Notes under the pieces: model-generated | The model's input: only the letters and a program-made list of their open reading frames with translations | Told to the model about the DNA's origin: nothing | The model's database searches: none | Made by a program: the position numbers and the translations under genes | NCBI RefSeq assembly: GCF_006345805.1 | Contig: NW_021836310.1 | Coordinates: 9,746 to 73,745, forward strand | Direction of reading: 5' to 3' | Origin: Octopus sinensis | Lineage: Eukaryota | DNA: 64,000 nucleotides | In this document: positions 13,612 to 27,844 of the stretch, in pieces | How the letters are laid out: the number at the start of each line of letters is the position of its first letter | Numbering within the stretch: position 1 is the first letter of the stretch

Positions 13612-14349
13612 TTGTATGTGTTTATACCCCACCATCGCTTGACAAGCGATGTTGGTGTGTTTACGTCTCTGTAACCTAGCGGTTTGGCAAAGAGTCCGAT
13701 AGAATAAGTGCTAGGCTTACAAAGAATAAGTCCTGGGATCGATTTCTTCGACTAAAAACCCTTTAAGGCGGTGTTCCAGCATGGCCGCAGCTGAATGACT
13801 GAAACAAATAAAAGAATATAAAAGTATATATAGATATATATATATATATAATATATATATATATATAATATATAGAGAGAGAGAGAGAGAGATTGAGAGA
13901 GAGCGAGAGAGAGAAATAGATATATAAAGAGGAACGGAAAAATATGTGGGAGAGGTCACAGTTGGGTGTAAATTTCGACATCACTTAGTCGTATGTTTAT
14001 GTTGTAGAGCAACGGGTGTTGGATATCGAAAACGATGAATTTCCAATTCTCACGCTGAACGCCCTTATAGCAGCGACCCTCAGGTCCTTTTACATTTTTA
14101 ATTAACCTCTGTCAAGTTGAAGACGTGTGGAGGTCAAATTTCAGCTTTACATTTCGTGCCTTTGTCGATCGATAACAATAATTATCATTTCCCTCCAAAA
14201 GTTTTGGTAACGTGGATCGATGTGGAAAGTCAATACAGTTCGGCATTTGGAATATTATTAAGGCACCATAATGGTGCCGGGGGGGGGGGTTGTGTGGTGC
14301 GGGGGTTGAGAGGGCACCAATATAACAGAAAGGCAATTAATATTGGTTA

Positions 14350-15330
14350 CTAATTTTGGAACACGGCCAGGAGTTTTAGGGGACTGGTAAGACGATTATA
14401 TCGATCCCCAGTGCTCAACTGGTACTTATTTTATCAAACCCCGGAAGGATGTAAAGCAAGGTCAACCTCGGCGGAATTTGAACTCAGAATGTAATGCGGG
14501 TCGAAAGGCCGCAAAGCATTTTGCTCGGTGTGCTAACAATTTTGCCATCTGCCACCTTCGAATGGCAATTACATTCCTTTCTACTCTTGGCACAAAGCCT
14601 GAAACTTGGAGGGAGGAGACTAGTTGATTACACCGACTCCAGTGTTTCACTGGTACTTAATTTATCGACCCCGAAAGGATGAAAGGCTAAGTCAACCTCG
14701 GCGGAATTTGAACTCAGAATATAAAGACAGACGAAATACCTATTTCTTTACTACCCACAAGGGGCTAAACACAGAGAGGACAAATAAGGCCAGACAAACG
14801 GATTAAGTAGATTTAATCGACCCTGAAAGGATGAAAGGCAAAGTCGACCTCGGCGTAATTTGAACTCAGAACATAGCGGCAGACGAAATACGGCTACGCA
14901 TTTCTCCCGGCGTGCTAACGCTCACCGCATTATCAGCGTGATATAGTTATTTCTTTATTGCCCACAGGGTGTTAAACAGAGGAGTAAACAAGGACAGACA
15001 AAGGGATTAAGTCGATTACATCGACCCCAGTGCGTAACTGGTACTTAATTTACCGAATTGTTAGAGCATCGACAAGATCCTTAATTGTATTTCTTTCGAC
15101 TCTTTGCATTCCTTAAGGCGGCGAACAGGCAGAATCGTTAGCACGACGGCAAAAATGCTTAGCAGCATTTCGTCCGTCTTTACGTTCTGAGTTCAAATCC
15201 CGCAGAGGTCAACTTTGCCTTTCATCCTTTCGGGGTCGATAAAATAAGTACCAGTGAAACATTGGGGTCGATGTAACCGACTTACCGCTTCCTAGAAATT
15301 GCTGGCCTTGTTCCAAAATTTGAAGCCAAT
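14350..15330. mobile_element. Cluster of Meta-like SINE monomers and fragments in both orientations
   Basis: Repeated GTCGACCTCGGCGGAATTTGAACTCAG blocks at about 14460, 14690 and 14845 (minus) and about 15200 (plus). Confidence 0.7.
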
Positions 15331-15706
15331 ATTGTATTTTGTTTGGTCATTAGATTTCGGGATGGAGAGGTTCCTTGTTGGCCTTTAATAAAGGAAACTG
15401 ATTACTATCGAAAGCGCTCCGGTCGTGACCTCTTAGTACTTCGGGTATATCTATAACTACATTATCTACTGTCCTTCCCTGATTTAAGAGGTTTTGATTT
15501 AATTTGAGGGAAATTTGCCAGTCATTTCGAGTACAACGAGTGACCTCTTCGTTGTTGTTGTTGATGGCTTCTGTGTTGCTGACCCAGGTCAGCCCTGACT
15601 GCACAGGGATCATGCGTTAAAAGCGTTTCAGCAAAACAACAAACCTTTGCTGATACATACACGGCGCGCTCTCTCTCTCTCCTCTCTCTCTCCTCCTCTC
15701 TCTCTC

Positions 15707-15737
<31 letters not shown>

Positions 15738-16215
15738 AACACACACACACACACACACACACATCTAGACACACACACGCACTTAAACACAAGGACATGA
15801 AATGTTCAAGAAAATGTGCTCCCCTAGGCTAGAATCCAAATCATGCCCTACCGATCGTGAGTACATCACCCTAACCACAAGACAACATACCGACAGATGC
15901 GGTATACAGGTGTGCCATGAGACGATGCTAGGTGTGCCGCAGTGTAACCTGAATATAAGTATTTTTCCAATACTTTTAGTTATATTTTGTAGTCGAGGTG
16001 TGCCGCCAAACTTTGAAAAGAGTATAAATGGCCACAGTCCAATGGTTGAAAGATGTAAAAGTATAAAAGAATATATATATATATATATACATACATACAT
16101 ACATTCATACATACATATATACATACACACACATGAATATATATGTAAAATTGTACATATGCATATAGACACACATCTATATCTGTGTGTGTTTATGTAC
16201 ATAAATCTGTATTTA

Positions 16216-16262
<47 letters not shown>

Positions 16263-16557
16263 GTGTGCGTGTGTGTGTGTGTTTGTGAATACACACACAG
16301 ACACACATATAGATAAATAGAGAGGGGCAGAGAGCTACATATTTATATCTATGTATACTTCAATTAAATATAGTAGAATGAAACGGGGTTGCTATTTCTA
16401 GCAGGTCTAGAAGCCAGCTTATGGACCACGTGGATCGGGGAAGGAAGGAAGAGACAGACAGGAAGGTCTTGCAGACAACAGAGACAGACGAAAGGAGGAA
16501 ATATATATATATATATACATGCATACACACATACATATATATATATAAGTGTGTCTG

Positions 16558-16634
<77 letters not shown>

Positions 16635-17219
16635 ATATATATTATATACCCACATCCTATTTATAGAGAGAGAGTGGGGAGAGATTAAAGAAGGGGGAGA
16701 GATCTGATATCCACCAATCAGCAACGTTGTCTCAGAGATAGCAATCGATCAGTAATAGCACCGTATGCGTGATTAATTAACATTGTGATACATCCAGTGC
16801 ATTCTGCAGTGCGGGGAATGATTCCATCTGAAAACCTTTTGAAATGAAATGGAATAGATAAATAAATAAATAAATATATATACATTTATATATATATATA
16901 AAGGCTTCGCTCCTGCCTACATCGCCATCTGCAGTATATATATGATTAATATATACATGAATATTTATATATGTGTGTGTGTGTGTGTGTGTGAATATAC
17001 GTGTTCACACAATCATACACATTTATTTCAACGTATGTCTTGATTGTTTTCAACTGTCTCTTCTTATTAAGTGTGTTATATATCGTAATCCGTATATATG
17101 CTGGCTCATACATACATACATACATACTCTCACTTACATACGTAAACTTTGCTTGTTTCTCATCTTTCTGATATGTCAATAGCGATTTCATGGAGTTGTT
17201 ATTTATGCCCTCAAAGATT

Positions 17220-17253
<34 letters not shown>

Positions 17254-17400
17254 TGTATGTATGTATGTATGTATGTATGTATGTGTATGTATGTATGTAT
17301 GTGTATGTATTGTATGTATGTATGTATGTATGCGCGTATGTATGTATGTATATATAAGAAAACTTTTACACATGCGCACACACCCACACCCAAGCCACAC

Positions 17401-17455
<55 letters not shown>

Positions 17456-17703
17456 ACACACACACACACGGCATAAAACAACGCAGGAAGCCCGAAGTAC
17501 TCTTAGGCCGTTGGTCAGTCAATAAGGGTGTGGACAACACCAGACTTCAATTTGCTACTCCATAACACTTGACAAAATGTTTTCAGATGAAGTGGGTGAC
17601 GGTGGTAGCGGTGGTGCTGGGGGATTTGTATATGTGTGTGTGTGTTGTGTGTGTGTGATATTTAGTGGAGATATGGCTGTGGTAATATGTATCTATATAT
17701 GTA

Positions 17704-18572
17704 CAGGGTGCGATGAACTAACTGTCGTCTCAGTTACCCAAAAATGAAAATAACACTGACATCCCATTTTAACAGATATCTTTACCAAAATTACATAAAA
17801 ATATCTTGAAATACTGAAGAGTAAATTTATTCAATAAAATCGCCATTGCCTTCAATTACGGCCTCCAGTCGACTTCGGAATCTCCTGCAACTCTTGTGCA
17901 CCGTCTCCTTGTTTAAGTTAGTGAATGCTGTCATAATCCTTGCCTTCAGTTCGTTTTTGGAGTTGCAAGGAGTTTTGTTGGTCTCTCGCTCAGCTGCACC
18001 TTACACAAAATAATCAAGGGGGTTGCTGTGTGGGGAGTTAAGTGGCCAGATGTTAGGGGTGATGTGGTCGCAGAAACTGTCTGACAGCCATGACTGGGTT
18101 CTCCTGCTTGTGTGACATGGTATCGTGTCCTGTTGCCAGACATAGGGTCTTTCAGTAGCCACTCTCTTGACCCAGGGCAGCCGTACCTCCTCCAGGCACT
18201 TGATGTAGGCCTCCGTGTTGAGTCTGAGATCGTGTGGGAAGATGAATGGAGGCATAACGTCGCCATCACTTGTGATTACTCCAAACACCATGATGTTGAC
18301 CGGATGTTTGATTTTTATCACTCAAGGTACATGCTCTCAGATAGCAGTCCTGAGATTGACACCCAAACACTGAAATGTTCGTATTGGAGCTTCCGGCGTG
18401 AATGACAAGCAGTACATGTCATTTCCAAATTTCTGACAGTGAATTGTGTCATAGAGTTGTTTTTCTCATAGACAGTGCCAACTGACCCTACTATACTGTG
18501 TAGTTGACAAAATCAAAAACAATGCGCAGAATTAAATATATAAAATGACGACAATTTACCCATTTGCATATG
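17704..18572 (-). mobile_element. Internally deleted Tc1/mariner, DD37D (maT-like)
   Basis: ORF 18001-18321: KHPVNIMVFGVITSDG...WQQD-x37-D(YFV), spacing counted by hand. Left end TA|CAGGGTGCGATG; the right TIR near 18545-18572 is degenerate. Confidence 0.8.
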
Positions 18573-18618
18573 TACATATTAGATGTATACACGCATACAT
18601 AGTTTATTATATATGTTT

Positions 18619-18652
<34 letters not shown>

Positions 18653-19422
18653 GCGCTCGCACACATACACACATAATACATATATAGTGATTTATTGTAG
18701 GTAAAAATCTTCCCAAACTGTTAGTTTCAGTTAAGCGATTATCAGACAGAGTTGAACTTTTATGAAAATACAAAGGTTTATAAACGTTTGTAAATGGTGC
18801 AGTGATAACTAATTATCAACTCATTGGACACGAGGCAATTACTTTTCAAAATAACAAGAATGTTTTGGATAAAAACGACCTGTCGTTGACGAATACTAAT
18901 ATATGAATTTAGAAATATTGTGCTTGGGTGGACTTAAACACAGGGACCTGATAACCAAGGGGCCCATCTTCCAGTCCAAAACTTTTTTACGATAAATTTC
19001 GTAAGCATGTCTGCCTGACTGCAAGCAAGAGGCCTCATAACTTAACTGATGATCGCTTACGTGAAAATTTGAGTAACGGTTCCTGAAGTTTTTCAGCTAC
19101 AATGAAATACATTTTACTCTCCCTTTGGTATTTCAGTGCTATTTTCTCCACCTTCTATTACACCTGTTGCTCAATGCCTGTGTGTGGGTGTGTGTCTGTG
19201 TGTATGCATGTGTGAAGGCGTTTGTGTGTGTGTATGTGTGTGTGTGTGAGTGCGTGCGTGCGTGCGTGTGTGTGCGCGCGACGTGTAATATGTAGAATAG
19301 CTCAAAAGTAAAAATTTCACAGACATTTGATAATTTCATTCTAACTTCTACAGCTGTTTCAACAGTTAAAATGCAAACATCATCATCCATATAATTACGT
19401 AATATATAAAAATACATAATAC

Positions 19423-19505
<83 letters not shown>

Positions 19506-19613
19506 CATATATATTTCTCTGTGTGTGTGCTATATATGCATGTATGTATATTTATCTATCTTTGTATCTATCTAGCTAACAATCAATTACTATATATATA
19601 TATCTATATATAT

Positions 19614-19645
<32 letters not shown>

Positions 19646-19676
19646 CATATACATACACACATATGTATGTACATAC

Positions 19677-19720
<44 letters not shown>

Positions 19721-20594
19721 TATATATATATACATCTGAGTCACACACATTCTTGTTTAACTCACACATGCAAGCACACACACATGCAAGCACACAATCA
19801 TTTTCGCTTAATACATCTGAAAATGTTTGACTCTAACGACCATTAACATCAATCACTTCAGTTTGGTGTGGTGTGGTGTGTAAGGGATGACGTGGTATGG
19901 TGTGGTGTATGATGTGGTAGGATGTGAGGAGTGGTGGAGGTGGGGAACAGACATTCAATAAATACGGATCGATATTTATTTAATAATAATTGACTATTAA
20001 AGATAAATATAAATGTGAATGTAATCATCGTTATTATGTCCATCTCTAGCCACTGGTCAATATATACGCTGACCATACTGACCGCATCCAATGTCGGCGT
20101 GGCTCTTACACACATGATGGATTTGCTAGAAATAGCAGTTACAATGTTCTTCAAACCATACAATTCTGTCATTGAATAATATGGAAGGATCTACTGGATA
20201 AATGTAATCCTAGATGTATTATGTCAAGCAAGAACAAATCACCTACAAAAGGTGTGATAGTCACGGCTGGAATGTTTTGGATCAAACGTTTTGTAGGGGA
20301 TTGTGGCGTTGGTTTTGGTGGTGGTAGCAGGGGTTGTTGTGATTCTTTCGGAGGTCGATAAAATAAGTACCAGTTGAACACTAGGGTCGATGTCATCGAC
20401 TAAACTCCTCTCTCAAAATTGCTGGCCTTGTGCCAAAATTTGAAGGTATTATTATTGTTGTCGTTGTTGCTAGCTTCGGTGATGATCGTAGCGTCGTTGT
20501 TCCGTGATTCGAATGTTTAGGGTTTGACGCTGAGCTGGAAATGTTTCCTTCTAGAATATCTTTATTGTAATGTATTACAAACAATACGACGCCG

Positions 20595-21260
20595 AGCTGG
20601 CAGAATCGTTAGCACGTTGGGTGAAATGCTTGGCGGTATTTCGTCTGCCTTTCATCCTTTCGTGCTCGATAAATTAAATACCAGTTGCGTACTGGGGGAG
20701 ATCTAATCGGCTGGCCCCCTCCTCAAAAATCCCCCCTCCCCCAGTACTCAACCCCGAAAGGATGAAAGGCAAAGTCGACCCCGGCGGAATTTGGACTCAA
20801 ACGTAGCGGCAGACGAAATACCTATTTCTTTATTACCCACAAGGGGCAACACAGAGGGACAACAAGGACAGACAAGACAGACAAACGGATTAAGTCATTA
20901 CATTGACTCCAGTCTACTGGTACTTATTTATCGACCGCGAAAGTAGAAAGGCAAAGTCGACCTCGCGGAATTTGAACTCAGAACGTAACGGCAGACGAAA
21001 TACCGCTAAGCATTTCGCCCGGCATGCTAACGGTTTTGCCAGCTCGCCACTTTATAAATAATAATTCTTTTCTACTCTAGGCACAAGGCCCGAAAATTTG
21101 GGGGACCTCAGTACGCAACTGGTACTTAATTTATCGATCCCGAAAGGATGAAAGGCAAAGTCGACCTCGGCAGAATTTGAACTCAGAACTTAAAGACAGA
21201 CGAAATATCACTAAGCATTTCGCCCGGCGTGCTAACGCTTCTGCCAGCTCGCCGCCTTTG
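20595..21260. mobile_element. Cluster of Meta-like SINE monomers, mainly minus strand
   Basis: Three minus-strand GGCAAAGTCGACC.CGGC blocks after one plus-strand head. Confidence 0.7.
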
Positions 21261-22770
21261 TACGTTACAAATTATAATCTATGGCTTACCGCAATACTTA
21301 CTGTATTCTGTTTTATAAGTTCGTTTTCACTTAATGATGTCTACATCTATTCTATATTCAGTACTTTATGATATATGCATCTGGCCTGAGTGCTCTATCT
21401 GAGCAGGGTGCTCTATCTGGAAGTTTCAATGATAGCAAATTTAAAGCAAAAACCAACATAGAGTAACATCTCACGTAAAGCTGTAGCAAGGGTTAACAGT
21501 TGTATAATTCTTTAATCTGACGTTGATGATTTTATCAGTTCATAACAGTATTTCAATGATCGTTTGGAAACTACTGCAAACCGCACGAACAGCATGGTAG
21601 CTCGACGGCATTCTTATCGCCTCTTCAGTCTGATGATGAGGCCGGGAAAGTCTTGAAACGTTAATGAACGAACGGATTTAGAAATGCTTATCTTCTGTAT
21701 CTAATATTAATTTCAAATTTTGGCACAAGGCCAGCAATTTCGGGAGAAGAAATAAGTCGATTACATTGATCCCAGTACACAACTGGTACTCAATTTATCG
21801 ATCCCCGAAGGGATGAAGGGCAAAGTCGACCTCGGCAGAATTTTCTTCTGTATTTGATATTAAGGACATGAGTAAGATGACGAGCTTGCCGGAACTTTAA
21901 CACATCGAACTCAATGCTTAGAGGCACTTCCTCCGTTTTCACGTTCTGGATTCAAATTCCGCTGTGATTGACTTAGCCTTTCAACCTTTCGAGGTCAATA
22001 AAATAAAGTACCAGTTGGACACTGGGGTAATATAATCAATTTACCAAAATATGAAATCACTATTAAGGATATGGGTTGCTTAGATTAACTGTACAGAGCG
22101 CTTAAGCGGAGGTTGAAAGGTATGAGGTTCGATTCTCTCTTGCGACCTGATAGCCACCTTTTTAAACGGTGATGCTCCAGCATGGCTGCAGCCACACAGC
22201 TGACATGAAGAAAAGAATAAAAGAATAAAGGGATATAATATCTAAATCCTTAGTACATAAAAATAAACTCGAACAGACGTATTTTTAAAGCAAAGTATTT
22301 GGAAAGAAAGTTCGTTATTAACAAAGACACGTATAATCGAAACTTCGAAGTCACTATCAGTCTTTCCTTTGTAAAAAAACTGAAAGGTTTTTCTGTTGAA
22401 AGGTGTTAAGTGATCCTTCAATTTTGAATGTTTGAATGTTTTTTTTTATATATATGAGAGATAGATAAAACAAACATTTATATAACACACTCACATACAT
22501 TCGCCCATTCATGTATAAATTCATAAATAAATATGTATCTTATAAGTATGTGAATATATATACATTATATAATATGAATATACATACAAGTATACACACA
22601 CATACATATATACACATACATAAGCATATATATATATTCATGTATGTGTATATATGTATATACATCATACACACACATAATACACACACACATAGATTTA
22701 TCACATGCATAAGTAGATTATATATATATATAGATATATTTTATATATAATATATTATATACACATTCAT

Positions 22771-22833
<63 letters not shown>

Positions 22834-23989
22834 TTCATTATATATATATATGTACATGTATATATATACATGCACACACACAGACACACACACACACAAC
22901 CCTAAACGGTTTCTGTTTCTGCTACTCACTAACTGGAACGGTACTGCTACACAACACAATACCAATACGGTTTCATCTGGTCACATTTGACTACACACAT
23001 TGGTGCATCATATACTGATACGGATGCAGCTAGCCACGCGTCACTGAACACAGACTGACTTGTGGAAGAACCAATAAAGGAACTTTTACTTGGTCCCTGG
23101 CTTGTTAGAAATAGCAGTCAACCTAGTTAACATTAATCGCTATTGTTAAAAAAAAACTGGAAACAAGGTAAGCCTTGATGAGTTATATGTGAAATGTGGT
23201 TTTGACCGGAGGTACTTTGCTCCCAGTGGTATTGAACCGAAAACGACGAGGTTACGGTAACCATATGGAATGTTTGTTGGACCAGTTAGACAGAAGCAGC
23301 AACGATAGGTCCTTCGGATCTTAGGTCAACGGCTTAAATACAAAAGGCTCACTCGAGAGATAATATAGCCACACGTTTGAGAAGACGGTGACGTGGTTAT
23401 ACGTGGATCCAATCATGGCCTCTTCGCCGTCATCGCTGTCATCATCATCATCATTATTATCATACCGTCATCATCATCATCATCATCATCATCATAGTCG
23501 TCGTCGTCGTATTTGTCATCGCCGACGCCGGTAGCACCATCGTCGTCATTATCGTGGTTATTGACATCTCTCCACTGGCACCACCACTGCCACCACCACC
23601 GACACTACCACCATCATCATCATCATCACCATCATCACCATCGTCATCATCTTCACCACCATCACAACCACAGCCACCACCATCACCACCACAATCATCA
23701 TCATCAACCTCATCATCAACACTACCACCACTACCGACACCATCACCACCACTCTCATCGTCACAACCACCACCATTACCACAACCACCATCACCATATC
23801 ACTATCACCACCACCACCAACACTACCATCGTCACCGCATTGTGTTACACAGCTCCACAATACTGAAACGTATCCCTATCTAGTAATTTGTTCATAGCTA
23901 ACAAATATATTTGTGTCCCGTATGACATGATGACTGTTTTCACGGATGTATATACATGCATGCATACATATATACATGTATATATATAT

Positions 23990-24057
<68 letters not shown>

Positions 24058-24774
24058 TATATTTATGTGTGTGTGTGTGTGTGTGTACATAAGTATATAT
24101 TTACATATACAAATACATACAAAAATGTGTGTGTGTGTGTAGATGGTAGCTATAAACATAAATTGTATATATATCTAATTCTCTTGGAACTCAACAACTC
24201 AACAACAACAACAACAACATCAATAACCACACCAACAACAACATTAGTAACCAATGTACCATGAACAACCAATAAAATTCAGTTATTCTGATAACACATT
24301 TGTATCGATTAAAAATCCTGTTGTTGTTATTGTTGTGCAACCCCAGGTCAATTCTGATCAAAAAGACCTCTGTGTTTATTGTAAAGCAATCCCCTTGCTT
24401 TGTATTGTTATATGGTTTTTGGGGTGTGTTTTTTTTTTTGCGGGGAGGGGTTCATCTCAATCTATTGTGAGAGAAATTATTATATTTTATTTTTTCAATT
24501 TGTTTCCAATCATAATGTTAAAAAAAAAACATGAAATTATAAAAAAAAAATCCTCTCGTAATTCGTATTCATAATGTCATAATATCTCCCTCACCCAAAC
24601 ACATCCCCTAATATTTGCTGCCTTTGTTGTAATAAAGAAATCGAACTGGGACGAATTTTGATGACGGATAAGATCGAAGAGAATAATGGAAATTGATAAG
24701 GAAAAAAGGAGAAATTGTTGAATGATTGGTTGAAAAACAAGTTATTGTTCCCTTGTTCTCAATGGCGGAACCAG

Positions 24775-24936
24775 AGTTTGTACCATCCGGGGCCGCCCTT
24801 AGGTTTGCTTTCATTTCCACCCCCTACCCTCGCTTCCAATACGAGATTATACTGCAGACTCGAAAGTGCCACCGCTATAAAAGCGGCGCCTGGGACGAAC
24901 CGCTCCTAAGCCTTACCACCAGCAGCTACGCCTCTG
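24775..24936 (+). CDS. Candidate exon, C-terminal half of an FN3-like domain, just upstream of the TM exon
   Basis: AG at 24773-74, GT at 24937-38; 162 nt, phase 1-1. Translates (E)FVPSGAALRFAFISTPYPRFQYEIILQTRKCHRYKSGAWDEPLLSLTTSSYAS, resembling the FN3 pattern P.T.Y.I.V.A...G.WS.P, and joins in frame to the TM exon. The donor (TG|GTCGTT) is weak. Confidence 0.45.
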
Positions 24937-25589
24937 GTCGTTCTTTCACACTTGTTCATCAAATATCATTCACCAGAAGGAAGAGAAACTACCCCCTTTT
25001 CCCAGCCAAAGCAATGCAGGTGTAGTGGAGTTAGATCCATCCTGCACACAACAATAACAGGGTGGCTAATCTTACCCAGTAGGATGAAGGGGAGATTTTC
25101 CTGAAGGTCAAACAGAGATGGTCAATACTTCCTTCTGCCTGACCGTCATACAATGGTATGACTACAGAGTTGTGCTGACGTTTTTATGGTAGGGTCACAT
25201 TTAACATAGCAGGAGGTTTACGTGCTGTTTAAAATGATACTTGTGCAGGGGGTTCGTTATACTGTGGCCAAAAATGTTCAATTATTCGCTGAGACAGCGC
25301 CATCTGCAAACGTTCTTTGATGCTTGTTGAATGCAGGAATCCTTTTTTATCCCCTGTAGTCGGTTTCTTTAACAATGCGATAAACGAAGATCAAAATAAG
25401 GCGCCTAGTATCTGGAATATTGTTAGACTCTCACTGGTTTCTGCCACTGAAAGTTAATTTCAGTAAGGAGTGTAGAAATAACAGACAAAAACCTTTGGAA
25501 ATACCTTCATTTCTTTAAAATTCTATTTCTATTGTTATGTAGGGCGATGGATTGGCAGAAATATCAGAGCGTTAGAAAGAATGTCATGT

Positions 25590-26190
25590 AATATTGATTT
25601 CAAATTTTGGCACAAGGCCAGCAATTTCGGTGAGAGGGTGTTCCATTACCTCGACCCCAGTACTCAACTGGTGGTTATTTTTATCGACCCCGAAAGGATG
25701 AAAGGCAAAGCCGACCTCGACGGAATTTGAACATAGAACGCTAAGCATTTCACGCGGCGTGCTAACGATTCTTATTTCTTTATTGCCCACAAGGTGCTAA
25801 ACATAGAAGGGAAAAACAAGGACAGACAAAGGGATTAAGTCGATTACATCGACCCCAATGCGTAACTGGTACTTAATTTATCGACCCCGAAAGGATGAAA
25901 GGCAAAGCCGACCTCCGCGGAATTTGAACTCAAAACGTAGCGGCAGACGAAATACCTATTTCTTTATTACCCACAAGGGGCTAAACACAGAGCGGACAAA
26001 CAAGGACAGACAAACGGATTAAGTCGATTACATCGACCCCAGTGCGTAACTGGTACTTAATTTATCGACCCCGAAAGGATGAAAGGCAAAGTCGACCTCG
26101 GCGGAATTTTGAACTCACAACGTAACGCAGACGAAATACCGCTAAGCATTTCGCCCGGCGTGCTAACGATTCTGCCAGCTTGTCGCCTCG
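25590..26190 (-). mobile_element. Head-to-tail multimer of Meta-like SINE modules
   Basis: Three near-identical ATCGACCCCGAAAGGATGAAAGGCAAAG units separated by the cccacaagg...gacagacaaa..gattaagtcgattacatcgacccca module. Confidence 0.75.
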
Positions 26191-26945
26191 CCTTAGAATG
26201 TCTTGTAATACTGCTTCCCAAAAAAAAAAGAAAGAAAAAATGGGGTGAGCTGCATGAATTAGCGGCATTTCGCCCGTCTTCACATTCTGAGTTCAAATTC
26301 TGCCGAGATCGACTTTTCTTCTAGTTGCGTACTAGGGTCAATGTAATCGACTTAGCACCCCCACCCCCACATCTGCCCCTGGAAATTGTTGGCCTGGTGC
26401 CAAAACTTGAAACACTATTTCTTCCAACTTTGTTTACATTCTAACTTCAAATTCCGCCTTTCGTCTTCCTGGGCTCAATAAAATGAAGACCCAGTCCAGT
26501 ACTAGTTCATTAGGATTGACGACTCATTCTCCTTTAAAAATTGCAGGCCTTATGCCTAAATTAGAAACCATTAATGTTGTTGCTGCTATTATTATCACCA
26601 CCATCGAACTCACAACCTCATGACCGTGAACCCGACGCACTAACCACTGCGCCATGCGCCTTCAGTTACAATTTACCCTTTACTACCATTACAACAACCA
26701 CCATCACCATCATCATCATCATCATCGTTATTGGCGCCAAGCTGTCAAAAATGTTAGCACGCCGGGCAAAATGCTTAGCGGCATTTCGTCCGTCTTTACG
26801 TTGCGAGTTCAAATTTCGCCGAGGTCGACTTTGCCTTTTATCCTATCGGGGTCAATAAAATAAATACCAGTTGAGCACTAAGGTCAGCATAATCAACTTG
26901 GCCCCTGCCCCAAAACTGCCGGCCTAGTGACAAAATTTGAAACTA

Positions 26946-27017
<72 letters not shown>

Positions 27018-27275
27018 GATATACGCAAAACGGACTAGACAGTTGAAAAAAGAAAAATTCCTAGCATCAGGCGACAACGAGTAACCTTAGATGTCAAGAA
27101 CCCTCCCAAGTATCCTAGCTGTCCCTAACAACACTGTTTCCTGGAGCTGTACTAAACTGGGTTTTATGCCTGTTTCCTCCATATATCTGTTCAAATCTTT
27201 AGGGATACTTCCTATTGCACCTATAACTACTGGGATACATTTTACCTGCTTTTTCCATAGTCTTTGTAATTCAAT
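27018..27275 (-). mobile_element. 5'-truncated R4/Dong-type non-LTR retrotransposon (RLE C-terminus plus 3' UTR)
   Basis: ELQRLWKKQVKCIPVVIGAIGSIPKDL...LQETVLLGTARILGRVLDI*, the typical end of R2/R4-type ORFs; short UTR then a (TAA)n tail; also preceded by (TAA)n. Confidence 0.8.
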
Positions 27276-27291
27276 TATTATTATTATTATT

Positions 27292-27327
<36 letters not shown>

Positions 27328-27329
27328 AA

Positions 27330-27388
<59 letters not shown>

Positions 27389-27773
27389 TTTCGTAACACA
27401 GTGCAGGTAAAAATGTACCGGAGTCTTTAGTCATCTGTCAAGTCACAACAAGGATCGTATTCAATATGACAATATCCGGCCAACATATTGAATATCTCTT
27501 ATTCAATATGACAATATCCGGTGTTTAATTACACGATCCGTCTGAAAATCATATTCCCAGATATCCTTACTTTTCCATCTTCCTGTATAACTTTACTTGG
27601 TACATTGATACCAGTTCTCTACTGCTTCATATTGGCATTTACAGCATAAAAGCCAATAAAGATACACACCACCTTATCGTGGCGGCGCTTGTATCCTCCT
27701 CCTCTTCCTCCTCCTCCTCCTCCTCATCATCATCATCATCATTATCATCATTCTTCTTCATCTCCTCCTCCTT

Positions 27774-27844
<71 letters not shown>

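Noticed and set aside
13998-14200. Coding-looking island (EQRVLDIENDEFPILTLNALIAATL; VEDVWRSNFSFTFRAF)
   Set aside because: Each frame hits a stop without a plausible donor; cannot be supported without expression data.
20052-20180. Acceptor followed by HWSIYTLTILTASNVG, faintly FN3-like
   Set aside because: No acceptable donor before the stop, and the similarity is too short.
24871-24888. TATAAAAG with an upstream ATTGG, looking like a core promoter
   Set aside because: It lies inside a frame-symmetric FN3-like candidate exon (codons R-Y-K-S); the coding reading explains the island better. Not fully excluded without TSS data.
25640-26190. Repeat-spacer-like pattern resembling a CRISPR array
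   Set aside because: The repeats are long SINE modules, the spacers are homologous to each other, the context is eukaryotic and there are no cas genes.
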